Assembly (NCBI GenBank): GCA_001774395.1
Contig: MEZX01000002.1
Coordinates: 559,062-623,061 of the forward strand
Source: Candidatus Berkelbacteria bacterium RIFCSPLOWO2_01_FULL_50_28
GTDB taxonomy: Bacteria > Patescibacteriota > UBA1384 > 2-12-FULL-50-11
DNA: 64,000 bases
Direction: 5' to 3'
Made by a program: the position numbers and the translations under genes. The notes beneath the pieces were generated by a model. That model had not been told where the DNA came from. It saw nothing but the letters and a program-made list of their open reading frames with translations, and ran no database searches. Positions 53,428-61,914 of this stretch are shown here, one piece after another (the stretch's first letter is position 1; every line of letters starts with the position of its first letter).

Positions 53428-53551
53428 CAATGAAAGATAATAAGCACGAGGGGAACGAACGAAGTGAGATTCCCTTCACCCGCTCAATGAAAGAAACAGA
53501 AAAATTGAGGGAACTGAGCGAAGCGAAGATTCCCTTCACCCGCTCAAAATG
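53411..53551 (+). repeat. Three direct copies (58-bp period) of the tRNA-Gly 3' end and trailer (gattcccttcacccgctcaatgaaaga)
   Basis: Copies start at 53411 (within the tRNA), 53469 and 53527. The intervening about 31 bp are also similar to each other (gaggggaacgaacgaagtga / gagggaactgagcgaagcgaa). The third copy abuts the gpt start codon. Confidence 0.8.
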
Positions 53552-54019
53552 ATTATAGGTTGGGACAGATTTAATCGTGCTGTTAACAAGACTGTCGAGT
53601 CAGTGGAAAGCTCCCCATTTTGTCCGAATACCATTGTTGCGGTCGGGATATCTGGTCTAATTCCAGCAACGATTGTGGCTAAAAAATTGAGATGTAAGGA
53701 TGTTCAAATATTGGTGGTGGAGTCATACTCGGGAAAGCAAAGACTGCAGCCTAGGCTAGTATCCCTTGGCCTGACTGCGCTTGCGGGAAAACAGGTACTG
53801 TGCGTCGATGATATCGTTGCGACAGGCGAGACCTTTGAGTTGGTGAGACAACAGATATTGAAGCACAAACCGCAAGCTGTAAAGTTCGCAGCCCCCATAA
53901 TTAGTAAAAGAATATGTAAAACTTACCCCGATTTTTGGGGCGAGGCAGTAATGCGAACCAAGAATGACTTCATTAGATTCCCCTGGGATGAGGAAGGTAA
54001 TGGTAAACTAATCCCATGA
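53549..54019 (+). CDS. gpt: Xanthine-guanine phosphoribosyltransferase-like PRTase
   Basis: 156 aa, collinear with Gpt (…TWD…, IVAVGISGLIPA…, VLCVDDIVATGET, …PWDE…). Confidence 0.7.
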   Translation: MIIGWDRFNRAVNKTVESVESSPFCPNTIVAVGISGLIPATIVAKKLRCKDVQILVVESYSGKQRLQPRLVSLGLTALAGKQVLCVDDIVATGETFELVRQQILKHKPQAVKFAAPIISKRICKTYPDFWGEAVMRTKNDFIRFPWDEEGNGKLIP

Positions 54020-54774
54020 CAACCGAACCATACGACCGTTACGACTACCGCGCGTTTTGGACAAAGCGCAATTATGAAAACTTCGCCGACGCCTTTGCGA
54101 TCACGCAGATTCTAAAATCTTTGGAGTACCCGCGTCGTCACCTCCTAGACCTTGGCGGCGGCTATGGCCGCAATATCCCTATCTGTGCCCCGTACTGTCG
54201 GAAGATGACGCTACTCGATCCGTCCAGCCACAATATAGAAAATGCCAAGAAGTTTCTGGGTTCACAGAAAAACATTGAACTCGTAATTGGCAAAGGTGAG
54301 GCATTACCATTTAAGAACGGGGACTTCGACACGATTTTGTCCATCCGCGTATCGCATCATTTTTCTGACCTCAAGCCACTGCTTGCCGAGTGCTACCGCG
54401 TGCTCGAACCAGGTGGAGTGTTTATTTTTGAAGTTGCTAACAAACTACATTTCAAGTCTCGCATCGGGGCGTTCTTGCGCGGCCGATCGAAAGAGTTGCA
54501 CTCACTTGAGAATATCGACCGGCGCAGCAAGGAAAACCGCCACGGAGCAACGATTGACTTCGTAAATCACCATCCGGCCAAAGTAGTCCAATTGCTTACC
54601 GAAGTCTGTTTCACGGTAAAGATCGACCGATCGGTTTCGAATTTTCGTTCGCCTCTTGCCAACAAGCCAGTATTTCAGCAGATATTTTCCGCGCTTGAAC
54701 CTCTGCTTCAACGACTGCTTGCGAGCTCCTGGTTCGGACCGAGCTTGTACCTCATTGCGATAAAAAAGAAGTAG
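54016..54774 (+). CDS. Class I SAM-dependent methyltransferase
   Basis: 252 aa with LDLGGGYG (motif I) and …LEPGGVFIFE…. Overlaps the gpt stop by 4 nt. Confidence 0.75.
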   Translation: MTTEPYDRYDYRAFWTKRNYENFADAFAITQILKSLEYPRRHLLDLGGGYGRNIPICAPYCRKMTLLDPSSHNIENAKKFLGSQKNIELVIGKGEALPFKNGDFDTILSIRVSHHFSDLKPLLAECYRVLEPGGVFIFEVANKLHFKSRIGAFLRGRSKELHSLENIDRRSKENRHGATIDFVNHHPAKVVQLLTEVCFTVKIDRSVSNFRSPLANKPVFQQIFSALEPLLQRLLASSWFGPSLYLIAIKKK

Positions 54775-55060
54775 CAAACACCCCGGAGACTACAGGCGGA
54801 GTGAAACGACGACAGCGTCGACGGGGTAGAATAGCAAACACCCGGAGACTATTCTTAACGACAGTGAAGAAAGGCTCAGGGGTAGAGTGTTTGCGTAGCA
54901 AATACCCCGGAGACTACAGACGAGCGGAGCGATGGCTGCGTCGACGGGGTAAAATTGTAGCAAACACCCCGGAGACTATTTTGAGGGCGACAGCCCGAGA
55001 AAAGGCTCTGGGGTAAAATTGTAGCAAATACCCCGGAGACTATCCGGGGGTATTTGCTTG
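54772..55060 (+). repeat. Tandem repeat array: about 125-bp higher-order unit x 2.4 containing 5 copies of the 21-bp core tagcaaa(c/t)accccggagacta; ends in the perfect 11-bp inverted repeat gcaaatacccc/ggggtatttgc
   Basis: Core copies at 54772, 54832, 54896, 54958 and 55022. Alternating spacers are pairwise similar (1~3, 2~4). The array starts at the methyltransferase stop codon. Confidence 0.85.
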
Positions 55061-55214
55061 AGTTGAGGTGGAACTACTTTTTCGTGAGGCCGCCTCAAGT
55101 GGGGTGGTCATCCCGATGCTTCTCGTAGTCCAAATATCTTGATGAGAGCATGGCCTTACACTACGTATGATGATTGAACTAATCATCGGCAAAAGCTACA
55201 ATGAACCAACTGCC

Positions 55215-56009
55215 ATGTCGAACGATTCTATTATTTCTGTAAAAAAACTCCGTAAGGTTTACCCTGGTGGAACCGAGGCAGTACGCGGCATTTCTTTCAA
55301 CGTTAAGCGCGGCGAGTTTTTCGGATTTTTGGGCCCTAACGGCGCTGGCAAAACGACCACGATCAATATGCTGGTGAACCTGGTAAAGAAAACCAGCGGT
55401 GAGATAACGATCGACGGCCTGAAATTGGAAGACCATCTAGACGAAGTCTACAAACGGGTTGGCTTTGCGATGCAAGAAGTGGGTTTGGATGAAGTGGCCA
55501 CCGCCCGCGAGATGATGCAGTTGCACGGCCGGCTTTATCATATGCCCCCATTTGAGATTGATGCTCAGATCGCCAAACTCCTTAAATTAGTCGAGCTGGA
55601 AAAAGTCGCCGACAAGTTCACCTCAACCTATTCTGGTGGGATGCGTCGCCGCTTCGACCTGGCTCTGTCGTTGATTCACAAGCCCAAAATCCTCTTCTTG
55701 GACGAACCAACGCAAGGCCTTGACCCACACGCCCGCCAATTAATCTGGGCCCACTTGCGTCAACTCAATAAAGAAGGGATGACTATTTTCCTAACCACCC
55801 ACTTTATGGACGAGGCGGAAGCGCTCTGTGACCGAATCGAGATTATGGACAATGGCAAAATCGTCACCGAGGGCTCGCCCACCGAACTGATGAAGAAACA
55901 TAACGCCAAGAATATGGAAGAAGTTTTCCTGAAAACCACCGGCAGTAACTTGGGCGACGAAGAGGTTAATGCCAACGCTCCCGACCCATTTACGAGGGCA
56001 CGATCATGA
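55215..56009 (+). CDS. ABC transporter ATP-binding protein (ABC-2 exporter type)
   Basis: Walker A GPNGAGKTT, signature YSGGMRRR, Walker B ILFLDEPTQGLD. Start chosen at MSNDSIISVKKL. The track ORF starts 16 codons upstream at 55167. Confidence 0.85.
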   Translation: MSNDSIISVKKLRKVYPGGTEAVRGISFNVKRGEFFGFLGPNGAGKTTTINMLVNLVKKTSGEITIDGLKLEDHLDEVYKRVGFAMQEVGLDEVATAREMMQLHGRLYHMPPFEIDAQIAKLLKLVELEKVADKFTSTYSGGMRRRFDLALSLIHKPKILFLDEPTQGLDPHARQLIWAHLRQLNKEGMTIFLTTHFMDEAEALCDRIEIMDNGKIVTEGSPTELMKKHNAKNMEEVFLKTTGSNLGDEEVNANAPDPFTRARS

Positions 56010-56773
56010 ATACATTTTTCAGCGACTGGTATTACCTTTCAATCCGCAACATCAAATTAATCTGGCGACCGCTCTTGGCGCTTTTGCCACCGTTCTTTAT
56101 GCCGATTTTCTTTTTCGCTGTTAACTCGTTGTCGCTTTCGGCTTTAGCAAAAGTCCCCGGTTTCCCGGATGTTTCCTATAAAGATTTTATTGCGCCGGTA
56201 GCAATCTTTACCGCAATTTTCTTCTCGGCTGGTAACGCCGGCATCGAATTGGTTCAAGATATCCAAAGCGGTTATTTCAAGAAACTGATCATAATGCCAA
56301 TCAACCGCTTGGCGATCGTGTTAGCCAAACTGACTGAAATTGCCGTTCAATCTCTTGGTCAAGGGATCATTATGCTAACCCTGCTCTTACTTTGGGGCGT
56401 TAAAATTCAATCCGGCTTCTTGGGAGTCTTAGCGATATTCGCTATTCTAATAATTTTCGCTATGGCCTGGAGCTGTATTGGCATGATCTCGGCCTTGCGC
56501 ACCCAAAATGCCCGGCTGGTTCAATCGCTCTTTATTCTCGTCTTCCCGCTCTTATACCTAACAACTTCACAAACGCCGCGAGCGTTACTGCCGTCGACAT
56601 TTGCCACGATTACCGACTATAACCCCGTGACTCATATCATTGAAGGTATCCGGGCGCTGGTCTTAGACGGCTGGGGCAGCCCAGACATCGGCTACGCCTT
56701 CTTGGCCGCCGGTGGGATGTTTGTGGTCTTCGTCACTTTCACCATGCTCTCCTTCCGCAAAGCCCTGAAGTAA
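56006..56773 (+). CDS. ABC-2 family transporter permease
   Basis: 255 aa with six predicted TM helices. Its start overlaps the ATPase gene stop. Confidence 0.8.
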   Translation: MNTFFSDWYYLSIRNIKLIWRPLLALLPPFFMPIFFFAVNSLSLSALAKVPGFPDVSYKDFIAPVAIFTAIFFSAGNAGIELVQDIQSGYFKKLIIMPINRLAIVLAKLTEIAVQSLGQGIIMLTLLLLWGVKIQSGFLGVLAIFAILIIFAMAWSCIGMISALRTQNARLVQSLFILVFPLLYLTTSQTPRALLPSTFATITDYNPVTHIIEGIRALVLDGWGSPDIGYAFLAAGGMFVVFVTFTMLSFRKALK

Positions 56774-56785
56774 TTTCTAGCCTGC

Positions 56786-56998
56786 GGCCCAGGCTTCCGA
56801 GCGGCCTCCAGCCGCTGTTTTATGCGAGGACCAGGGGGCCTAGTTGCCATTCGACTTTGCTCATGGTGCTGAGCCCTGTCGAAGCACGAGGCGGCCCCCT
56901 AGCCCCTCGCGCTCCCTACCCCCGCACGCTCGCCCCAGGCGGGTGGAGAAAATTCGCCTCTCTTCCGGAAGGTTCACGGAGCGAATCGGCAAATTTTC
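56786..56998 (-). repeat. GC-rich repeat element copy B (inverted copy of 2109-2267) immediately upstream of tRNA-Thr
   Basis: The reverse complement aligns to copy A at about 90% identity, with a 40-nt insertion. Its left end contains a gcggc-ctcca-gccgc hairpin followed by TGTTTTA, terminator-like for the ABC operon. Confidence 0.8.
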
Positions 56999-57048
56999 GG
57001 TAGTTATTATTCAATTAAGCCTAGCTATCAGGTAAAATATTAGGAGCT

Positions 57049-57121
57049 GCCACCTTAGCTCATTTGGTAGAGCGATACTTTCGTAAAGTATAGGCGCCGG
57101 GTTCGAAACCCGGAGGTGGCT
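57049..57121 (+). tRNA. tRNA-Thr (anticodon CGU)
   Basis: Manual cloverleaf fold: acceptor GCCACCT/AGGTGGC, D-arm GCTC-ATTTGGTA-GAGC, anticodon arm ATACT-TTCGTAA-AGTAT, T-arm CCGGG-TTCGAAA-CCCGG. Confidence 0.85.
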
Positions 57122-57124
57122 CAA

Positions 57125-57607
57125 ATGAGCAATATTTTTCGCGGCCAAGAAGGTGCGCCTTATCACTTGAGTGTTGGTGCAGTTGTCGTAAACGACGAAG
57201 GTCTAATTGCTTGTCGTCATCACCAACACGACGAGCATAATCGCCCCGTCGACGCTTTCCTTCTGATGCGTGAGACGATAGAACCAGGTGAAACAATTGA
57301 AAACGCTGTCGCACGGGGTCTAAAAGAAGAGTTCGGGCTTGTGGCCAAAATCACACAGTTCCTTGGACCTGTGGTTAGCCACTACGGCTACAAAAACTTT
57401 ACCGTAGAAAAGACAACTTTGTTCTTTCTCTGCCGGTTTACGAAACTAGTCGAGCTAAAGGAAAATGACTTCGAGAGTAGCGGTAATCTAGAGTGGCACG
57501 ATCTCGACCTCTTAATTGAAAAACAGCATGCCCAAGCCAAGCATTTGAGTCGAGACGATATCGACGACTCGTTAGCGCTTAAACGAGCCAAAGAGATCCT
57601 CGGGTAA
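57125..57607 (+). CDS. NUDIX hydrolase
   Basis: Nudix box GETIENAVARGLKEEFGL. Start chosen at the ATG at 57125, because the track start at 57116 overlaps the tRNA 3' end. Confidence 0.8.
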   Translation: MSNIFRGQEGAPYHLSVGAVVVNDEGLIACRHHQHDEHNRPVDAFLLMRETIEPGETIENAVARGLKEEFGLVAKITQFLGPVVSHYGYKNFTVEKTTLFFLCRFTKLVELKENDFESSGNLEWHDLDLLIEKQHAQAKHLSRDDIDDSLALKRAKEILG

Positions 57608-57835
57608 GGGGAATTCGCCAGCGCCAGAGTGTACGTTAGCGAATTTGGGTCGGAGCTCTAAGAGCCTTTTTAGTAGCTCCCGAAGCTGGGAAAGCCGGAT
57701 TCTGATCTCGTGATGATCGGCCGGGTTCTCACTAAGACCTAGGCGGTGCTCATACTCGGCGATGTTTTGGATCAACCAACGAATAAGTGCCAGGAGTGAC
57801 CCAGCACCATCGACGATGTCGATAATCTGGGACAT
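57572..57835 (-). CDS. Hypothetical protein (87 aa)
   Basis: ORF only. Overlaps the NUDIX 3' end by 36 nt. Confidence 0.3.
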   Translation of the reverse strand: MSQIIDIVDGAGSLLALIRWLIQNIAEYEHRLGLSENPADHHEIRIRLSQLRELLKRLLELRPKFANVHSGAGEFPLPEDLFGSFKR

Positions 57836-57959
57836 AAGAACTCCTCCAAATATATTCTAACTTGACCTTTAGTTTACTAACAAGGGTTTACTCGGGTTTT
57901 TCGGCCCCTCGACTTCCTTCGACTTCACTCAGGACAAGTCGCTCGGGGTCGCCCTGACC

Positions 57960-58670
57960 CTATGGAAGGGCGGCAGGAGATTCGACGGCAGGAGCTTCAC
58001 CCTCAGCAGGAGTTGCTTCGCCTTCTGCGGCAGGAGCTTCTTCGCCAAGAGCGCTGACAGCGGCAACTTCGGCGGCTTTGTCTTCGGCTAGTTCGGCTTC
58101 TAACTCTTCTTCACTTCGTGGTGCCGATACCAAAGCGACCGTCTCTTCCATTTCATCTTGGATTTGGACGGTTTCCGGCACTTTGATATCGCCAACTTTA
58201 ATTGAATCGTCGAAGGTTTTCAAAATTGAGATATCGACTTCGACATTCGGAATTAGGTTGCCCGGCAAACAGCGGATCGTCAGCTCGTCGCGGTTAGCAA
58301 TAAAATTACCTTCGAGTTCGTCAACGGCCGGTGAGATACCAACGAAAATTATTGGAATTGTTGTTTCGATCTCTTCGTCCATTTTCACCGCGTAAAAATC
58401 GGCGTGAATTGGGCTATTAGTCAAAGGATGGACTTGCGGCTCGTGAATTAAAACTTTCATTGGCTTCTTGTCTCCGACCGTTAAGTCGACTAAAGCGCTT
58501 GTGCCAGCCTCACGAAAAATCTTGTCAAATTCTTTTTGGTCAATTGTAATTGGCTCTGGTTTGTCCAAATGTCCGTACACGACAGCAGGAAGTCCTCCTT
58601 TTTGGCGGATTGATTTGACTTTCTTACCTGTTATTTCACGCGTTGTGGCGTTTAGAATTATTTGTTTCAT
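57960..58670 (-). CDS. rplY: 50S ribosomal protein L25 / general stress protein Ctc
   Basis: 236 aa with an N-terminal L25 beta-barrel (…REITGKKVKSIRQKGGLPAVVYG…) plus a Ctc-type C-domain and an acidic Ala/Glu-rich tail. Confidence 0.85.
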   Translation of the reverse strand: MKQIILNATTREITGKKVKSIRQKGGLPAVVYGHLDKPEPITIDQKEFDKIFREAGTSALVDLTVGDKKPMKVLIHEPQVHPLTNSPIHADFYAVKMDEEIETTIPIIFVGISPAVDELEGNFIANRDELTIRCLPGNLIPNVEVDISILKTFDDSIKVGDIKVPETVQIQDEMEETVALVSAPRSEEELEAELAEDKAAEVAAVSALGEEAPAAEGEATPAEGEAPAVESPAALP

Positions 58671-58954
58671 TACTTTGTGTTTTGTTGTAGCGAATCCGTC
58701 AGGTCGTCAATCTCGCTAAAGACCTGCTTCATCTCGGCTTTGGTAATCTTACCTACCCGACTTGCTTCCTTGAGGGTTATCGGCACCAAGAGTATCACCG
58801 GAAAGTGACCTCGGCTACAAGTGACCGAAATTTCAAACGAGTTAGATTTACCAAAAGAACGTAGATGGATATCGCGCAGCTCGAAGGTCCGGCCACAGAT
58901 CGGACAGGTTAGCTCTTGCTGGGCTTGCCTAATCTCATCCTGAAGGGAACGCAT
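58670..58954 (-). CDS. Hypothetical protein with a CxxC…C…H cluster (94 aa)
   Basis: ORF with a possible zinc-ribbon-like motif (CPICG…C…H). Family unknown. Confidence 0.4.
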   Translation of the reverse strand: MRSLQDEIRQAQQELTCPICGRTFELRDIHLRSFGKSNSFEISVTCSRGHFPVILLVPITLKEASRVGKITKAEMKQVFSEIDDLTDSLQQNTK

Positions 58955-59001
58955 CGTGTATAAATTTTACCTCTGACTGTGTACTGATGTCAACCTGTTA
59001 G

Positions 59002-59643
59002 TCAGATCTCTTGGCGCTGCGAGCGACGCCATTTGGTAATCTCGGCGTGATGACCCGACAGCAGCACCTCGGGAACGGTCATACCGCGGTATTTTTCCGG
59101 GCGTGTAAATTGCGGATAGTCGGAAAGATTATCTTCGAATGTTTCATCTTTAAGAGACTCCTGATTTCCCAAAACCCCAGGAATAAGACGGGTAAGCGCA
59201 TCGATAATTACCAATGCCGGAAGCTCACCGCCGCTCAAGACGTACGGACCGATCGATACCTTCTGATCGATATATTTTTCAATCCTGGCATCAAACCCTT
59301 CGTAGCGGCCGCAGAGTAGTATGAGTTTCTTTTTTTGTGAAAGCTCCTTGACGAGGCCCTGGTCTAGTTGATCCCCGTCTGGCGAGAGCATAATTCGGTG
59401 CGCTCTGTGAGTATGATCGATTGCAGATAGCGCGGCATGAGCGACATCAACTCGCATCACCATACCTGGTCCACCGCCGTACGGTGTGTCGTCCACCGTA
59501 CCGTGACGATCGATCGCCCAGCTGCGCAGCTGGTGAGCACGAATATCAACTAGTCCGGCTTTCTGCGCCCGAGCTGGAATTGAGTGTGATAGCGCCTGCT
59601 CGATCATCTCGGGAAATAACGTCAGAACATCGATTGTCATCAC
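59002..59643 (-). CDS. trmD: tRNA (guanine37-N1)-methyltransferase
   Basis: 213 aa SPOUT fold, collinear with TrmD (…DDTPYGGGPGMVM…, …GRYEGFDAR…, SIGPYVLSGGELPA). Confidence 0.9.
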   Translation of the reverse strand: MMTIDVLTLFPEMIEQALSHSIPARAQKAGLVDIRAHQLRSWAIDRHGTVDDTPYGGGPGMVMRVDVAHAALSAIDHTHRAHRIMLSPDGDQLDQGLVKELSQKKKLILLCGRYEGFDARIEKYIDQKVSIGPYVLSGGELPALVIIDALTRLIPGVLGNQESLKDETFEDNLSDYPQFTRPEKYRGMTVPEVLLSGHHAEITKWRRSQRQEI

Positions 59644-59661
59644 CTCATTCTAACAAAATCC

Positions 59662-59693
59662 AAAAAACGGCCGCTAATGGCCGCCCGTTTTTT
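59662..59693. terminator. Bidirectional rho-independent terminator (AAAAAACGG-ccgctaatggccg-CCCGTTTTTT) between the KH gene and trmD
   Basis: GC stem flanked by an A6 run and a T6 run, seen directly. Confidence 0.6.
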
Positions 59694-59708
59694 GGAATTC
59701 GTTAGATA

Positions 59709-60131
59709 CTAAATTACGCCGGTAGCAGTTTCTTCCGCGGGTTCAGGCTTGGCGGGATCTTCCGCTTTCTCAATTTTCTCTACTTTCTCTACTTTCTCCG
59801 ACTTTTCAACAATCGCCGGCTTCTCTTCGCTCACTTCAGTTTGGCCTTCCGACATCTCACTGGAAGTTCCTTCGGGGTCAACTATTTTTAAGTTGATTCG
59901 GGCGTCGTTGCGGGCACCAAATACGCGCAACAGCGAACGGATCGCTTTAGCGGTGCGGCCTTCACGACCGATTACTTTACCCATATCGGCGCGATTAACA
60001 GTAAGTTGGATGAGGACGCCTCGCTCATCGAGCGTGCGGCTCGTCACCACTTCTTCCGGATTATCAACCAACGCTTTAACAATGTTTTCTACGAATTCTT
60101 GATCGGTTATTTCTTGTGCAGTCATTTTCAT
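59709..60131 (-). CDS. KH-domain RNA-binding protein (UPF0109/YlqC-like) with an acidic low-complexity C-terminal tail
   Basis: KH core (…LIQLTVNRADMGKVIGREGRTAKAIRSLL…). The tail has EKSEKVEKVEKIEKAED repeats. Confidence 0.75.
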   Translation of the reverse strand: MKMTAQEITDQEFVENIVKALVDNPEEVVTSRTLDERGVLIQLTVNRADMGKVIGREGRTAKAIRSLLRVFGARNDARINLKIVDPEGTSSEMSEGQTEVSEEKPAIVEKSEKVEKVEKIEKAEDPAKPEPAEETATGVI

Positions 60132-60253
60132 CCTTTCATATCAGTTTCAGCAGTTCGACACGGGTTTCAGACATCGTGCTCACTGCGTTGTAGCAGTTCG
60201 ACCTTCTTTCTGCGCCTGACATATTTTTAACAAATTCTCCCTGGGGTGTAAAG

Positions 60254-60913
60254 CTACACCTGTTTTTTCACCTCTAAAAAGAAAGGATATTTATTGGAAC
60301 TTACCGCTCGGAACACTTCAGCGAACCCAGGGAAAAACCGTTTAACACTAACGGCACGGATTTCCTCCCAAAAAAACTGGCCGGACGCCGATCGACTCAC
60401 CAACTCGCCAGAGTAGTTTTGAGCCAGAAAAACATGAAAGAGCATATGGCTGATCAGCTCCTTGTTTTTGTAGGTAATCACATATGCTTCACCGATGTGT
60501 GCAAGTGTCGCACTAAGGCCGGTCTTTTCTTTCAACTCTCGTTTGGCGGCTTGCTCTATAGTTTCTCCTAGATGAATTTTTCCGTAGGGAAAACCCTCCA
60601 GGCCGAGAAACGGCTCTTTAGTTCGTTTGTAGAGCAACCACTGCCCTAGATCATTCTGACAGGCTATGAGCGTGACAATCTTCGGCTGGATTCGCGGCTG
60701 CTCGGTAGTGGAGCTGAGCTGTCCAACGTATCGCAGTCCCGAAGCGGTCAGTCGGTATAATTTATCTTTATGGTCGATGAGGTTTTCTTTCAACAAATGG
60801 TTCAAGTGATAGGCAAAAAGATTGCCCTCGACGTCTTGCGGTTTAATGTCGCGGTAGCGGCTCGACCCAAGAGTGGCCAGGCGCGCCAGGACATATTGCT
60901 GAATGTGATGCAT
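60254..60913 (-). CDS. NUDIX hydrolase with an N-terminal winged-helix domain
   Basis: Nudix box GETIEQAAKRELKEKTGL in the C-terminal half. The N-terminal about 70 aa look like a wHTH (…YVLARLATLGSSRYRDI…LYRLTASG). Confidence 0.65.
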   Translation of the reverse strand: MHHIQQYVLARLATLGSSRYRDIKPQDVEGNLFAYHLNHLLKENLIDHKDKLYRLTASGLRYVGQLSSTTEQPRIQPKIVTLIACQNDLGQWLLYKRTKEPFLGLEGFPYGKIHLGETIEQAAKRELKEKTGLSATLAHIGEAYVITYKNKELISHMLFHVFLAQNYSGELVSRSASGQFFWEEIRAVSVKRFFPGFAEVFRAVSSNKYPFFLEVKKQV

Positions 60914-60959
60914 AACCGGAACTTAACAGTCGAGGATTATTGAGTCAAATATCCTAGAC

Positions 60960-61859
60960 TTGAACCTGTCAGTAGACGCCAGTAGTTTGGTGATGTCTGT
61001 GAAAGCGGACGTTAACAAACGGAGGCAAGCAATGGCAACAACAATCTTGACCGCCAAAAAGGCGGCTCGCGAGCACCGCGGAAGAGTTCTATCGTCGTTT
61101 TTTCAACAACGGCTGCCCGACGGCCAGAAAACAACAAACATCTCCCTTTCGGCGATAAGGGGGTGGGAAGCCGACCTGAACTGCCAACGCCGGGCCATTC
61201 TATCCACGCTGGATAACTTGCTACCAATTGAGGGCGGGCGCAGAGAGCCGCTGCAAGAGCATCTCGAAGCGATAGACGGTCTGCTTAACGCCCTCAAGCC
61301 GAGAAGTCACCGCTACCCGATCTTGAGCATTGAGCCGCTGAAGTGGCGAGACCGAGTTGGCTACCCAAAGCTCGTCATTATGGCTCTCAACCAGCCGGGG
61401 TATGTGGAGATTGCAGCTGAGAACAACGGCAGCAGACGAGGCTGGCATTACTTACCGCTTGGCAGTGGCATGGGCTACGAGGGAGTAATGAAGAACGTCG
61501 TCAACCGCTGCTACCGGGACGTCGGGGCGAAGTTGCAAGCTAAGTGCAATGAGGTCGTAACAGTTGGCGGAAACTACAACCGTCACTTCATCCGCATGGA
61601 ATTGGGTGAGCTTCTGATTCCGACCAAAACCCGGAAGAAAATTGCTAAGGCAAGAGAGTTCTTTGGCGATCAGCTCTTTCTTGTTGCCGAGGCTGGCAAG
61701 TGGGTTGAGGGCCGGGTGACTCTGCCCAAACCCGATCCACTCATCGTCGGTTACGAGGATGGTCTGCTCTTTCTGATTGATGTTTTCGATCTGAAGCGGA
61801 TTGAAGATATCGCCCGGAGTGAGTTCGTCGTCCCCCAGCCAAGCCTCCCCCTCCCCTGA
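60960..61859 (+). CDS. Hypothetical protein (299 aa; start may be the internal ATG at about 61032)
   Basis: ORF only. No family recognised. Confidence 0.4.
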   Translation: MNLSVDASSLVMSVKADVNKRRQAMATTILTAKKAAREHRGRVLSSFFQQRLPDGQKTTNISLSAIRGWEADLNCQRRAILSTLDNLLPIEGGRREPLQEHLEAIDGLLNALKPRSHRYPILSIEPLKWRDRVGYPKLVIMALNQPGYVEIAAENNGSRRGWHYLPLGSGMGYEGVMKNVVNRCYRDVGAKLQAKCNEVVTVGGNYNRHFIRMELGELLIPTKTRKKIAKAREFFGDQLFLVAEAGKWVEGRVTLPKPDPLIVGYEDGLLFLIDVFDLKRIEDIARSEFVVPQPSLPLP

Positions 61860-61914
61860 ATGCCCCCATCCCAAAAGCCCAATTGTGGCGGCAGTAATGT
61901 CGCCACAATTTTTT

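Noticed and set aside
53324-53539. 71-aa minus-strand ORF
   Set aside because: It spans tRNA-Gly and its repeat copies, and the internal repeats in its sequence come from the DNA repeats.
53411-53551. Mini-CRISPR-like array of 27-bp repeats with about 31-bp spacers
   Set aside because: There are only three copies. The repeat is the tRNA-Gly 3' end itself, and the spacers are related to each other. This is a tRNA 3'-end duplication, not CRISPR.
54801-55016. 71-aa Arg-rich ORF
   Set aside because: It lies entirely within the tandem repeat array, and its arginine richness comes from the repeat.
54772-55060. Possible CRISPR array (regularly spaced 21-bp repeats)
   Set aside because: The repeat core is short at 21 bp. 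The spacers are pairwise similar to one another, giving an alternating A/B pattern, not unique. No cas genes are nearby. It fits a higher-order tandem repeat better.
57060-57314. 84-aa minus-strand ORF
   Set aside because: It overlaps tRNA-Thr and is antisense to the NUDIX gene.
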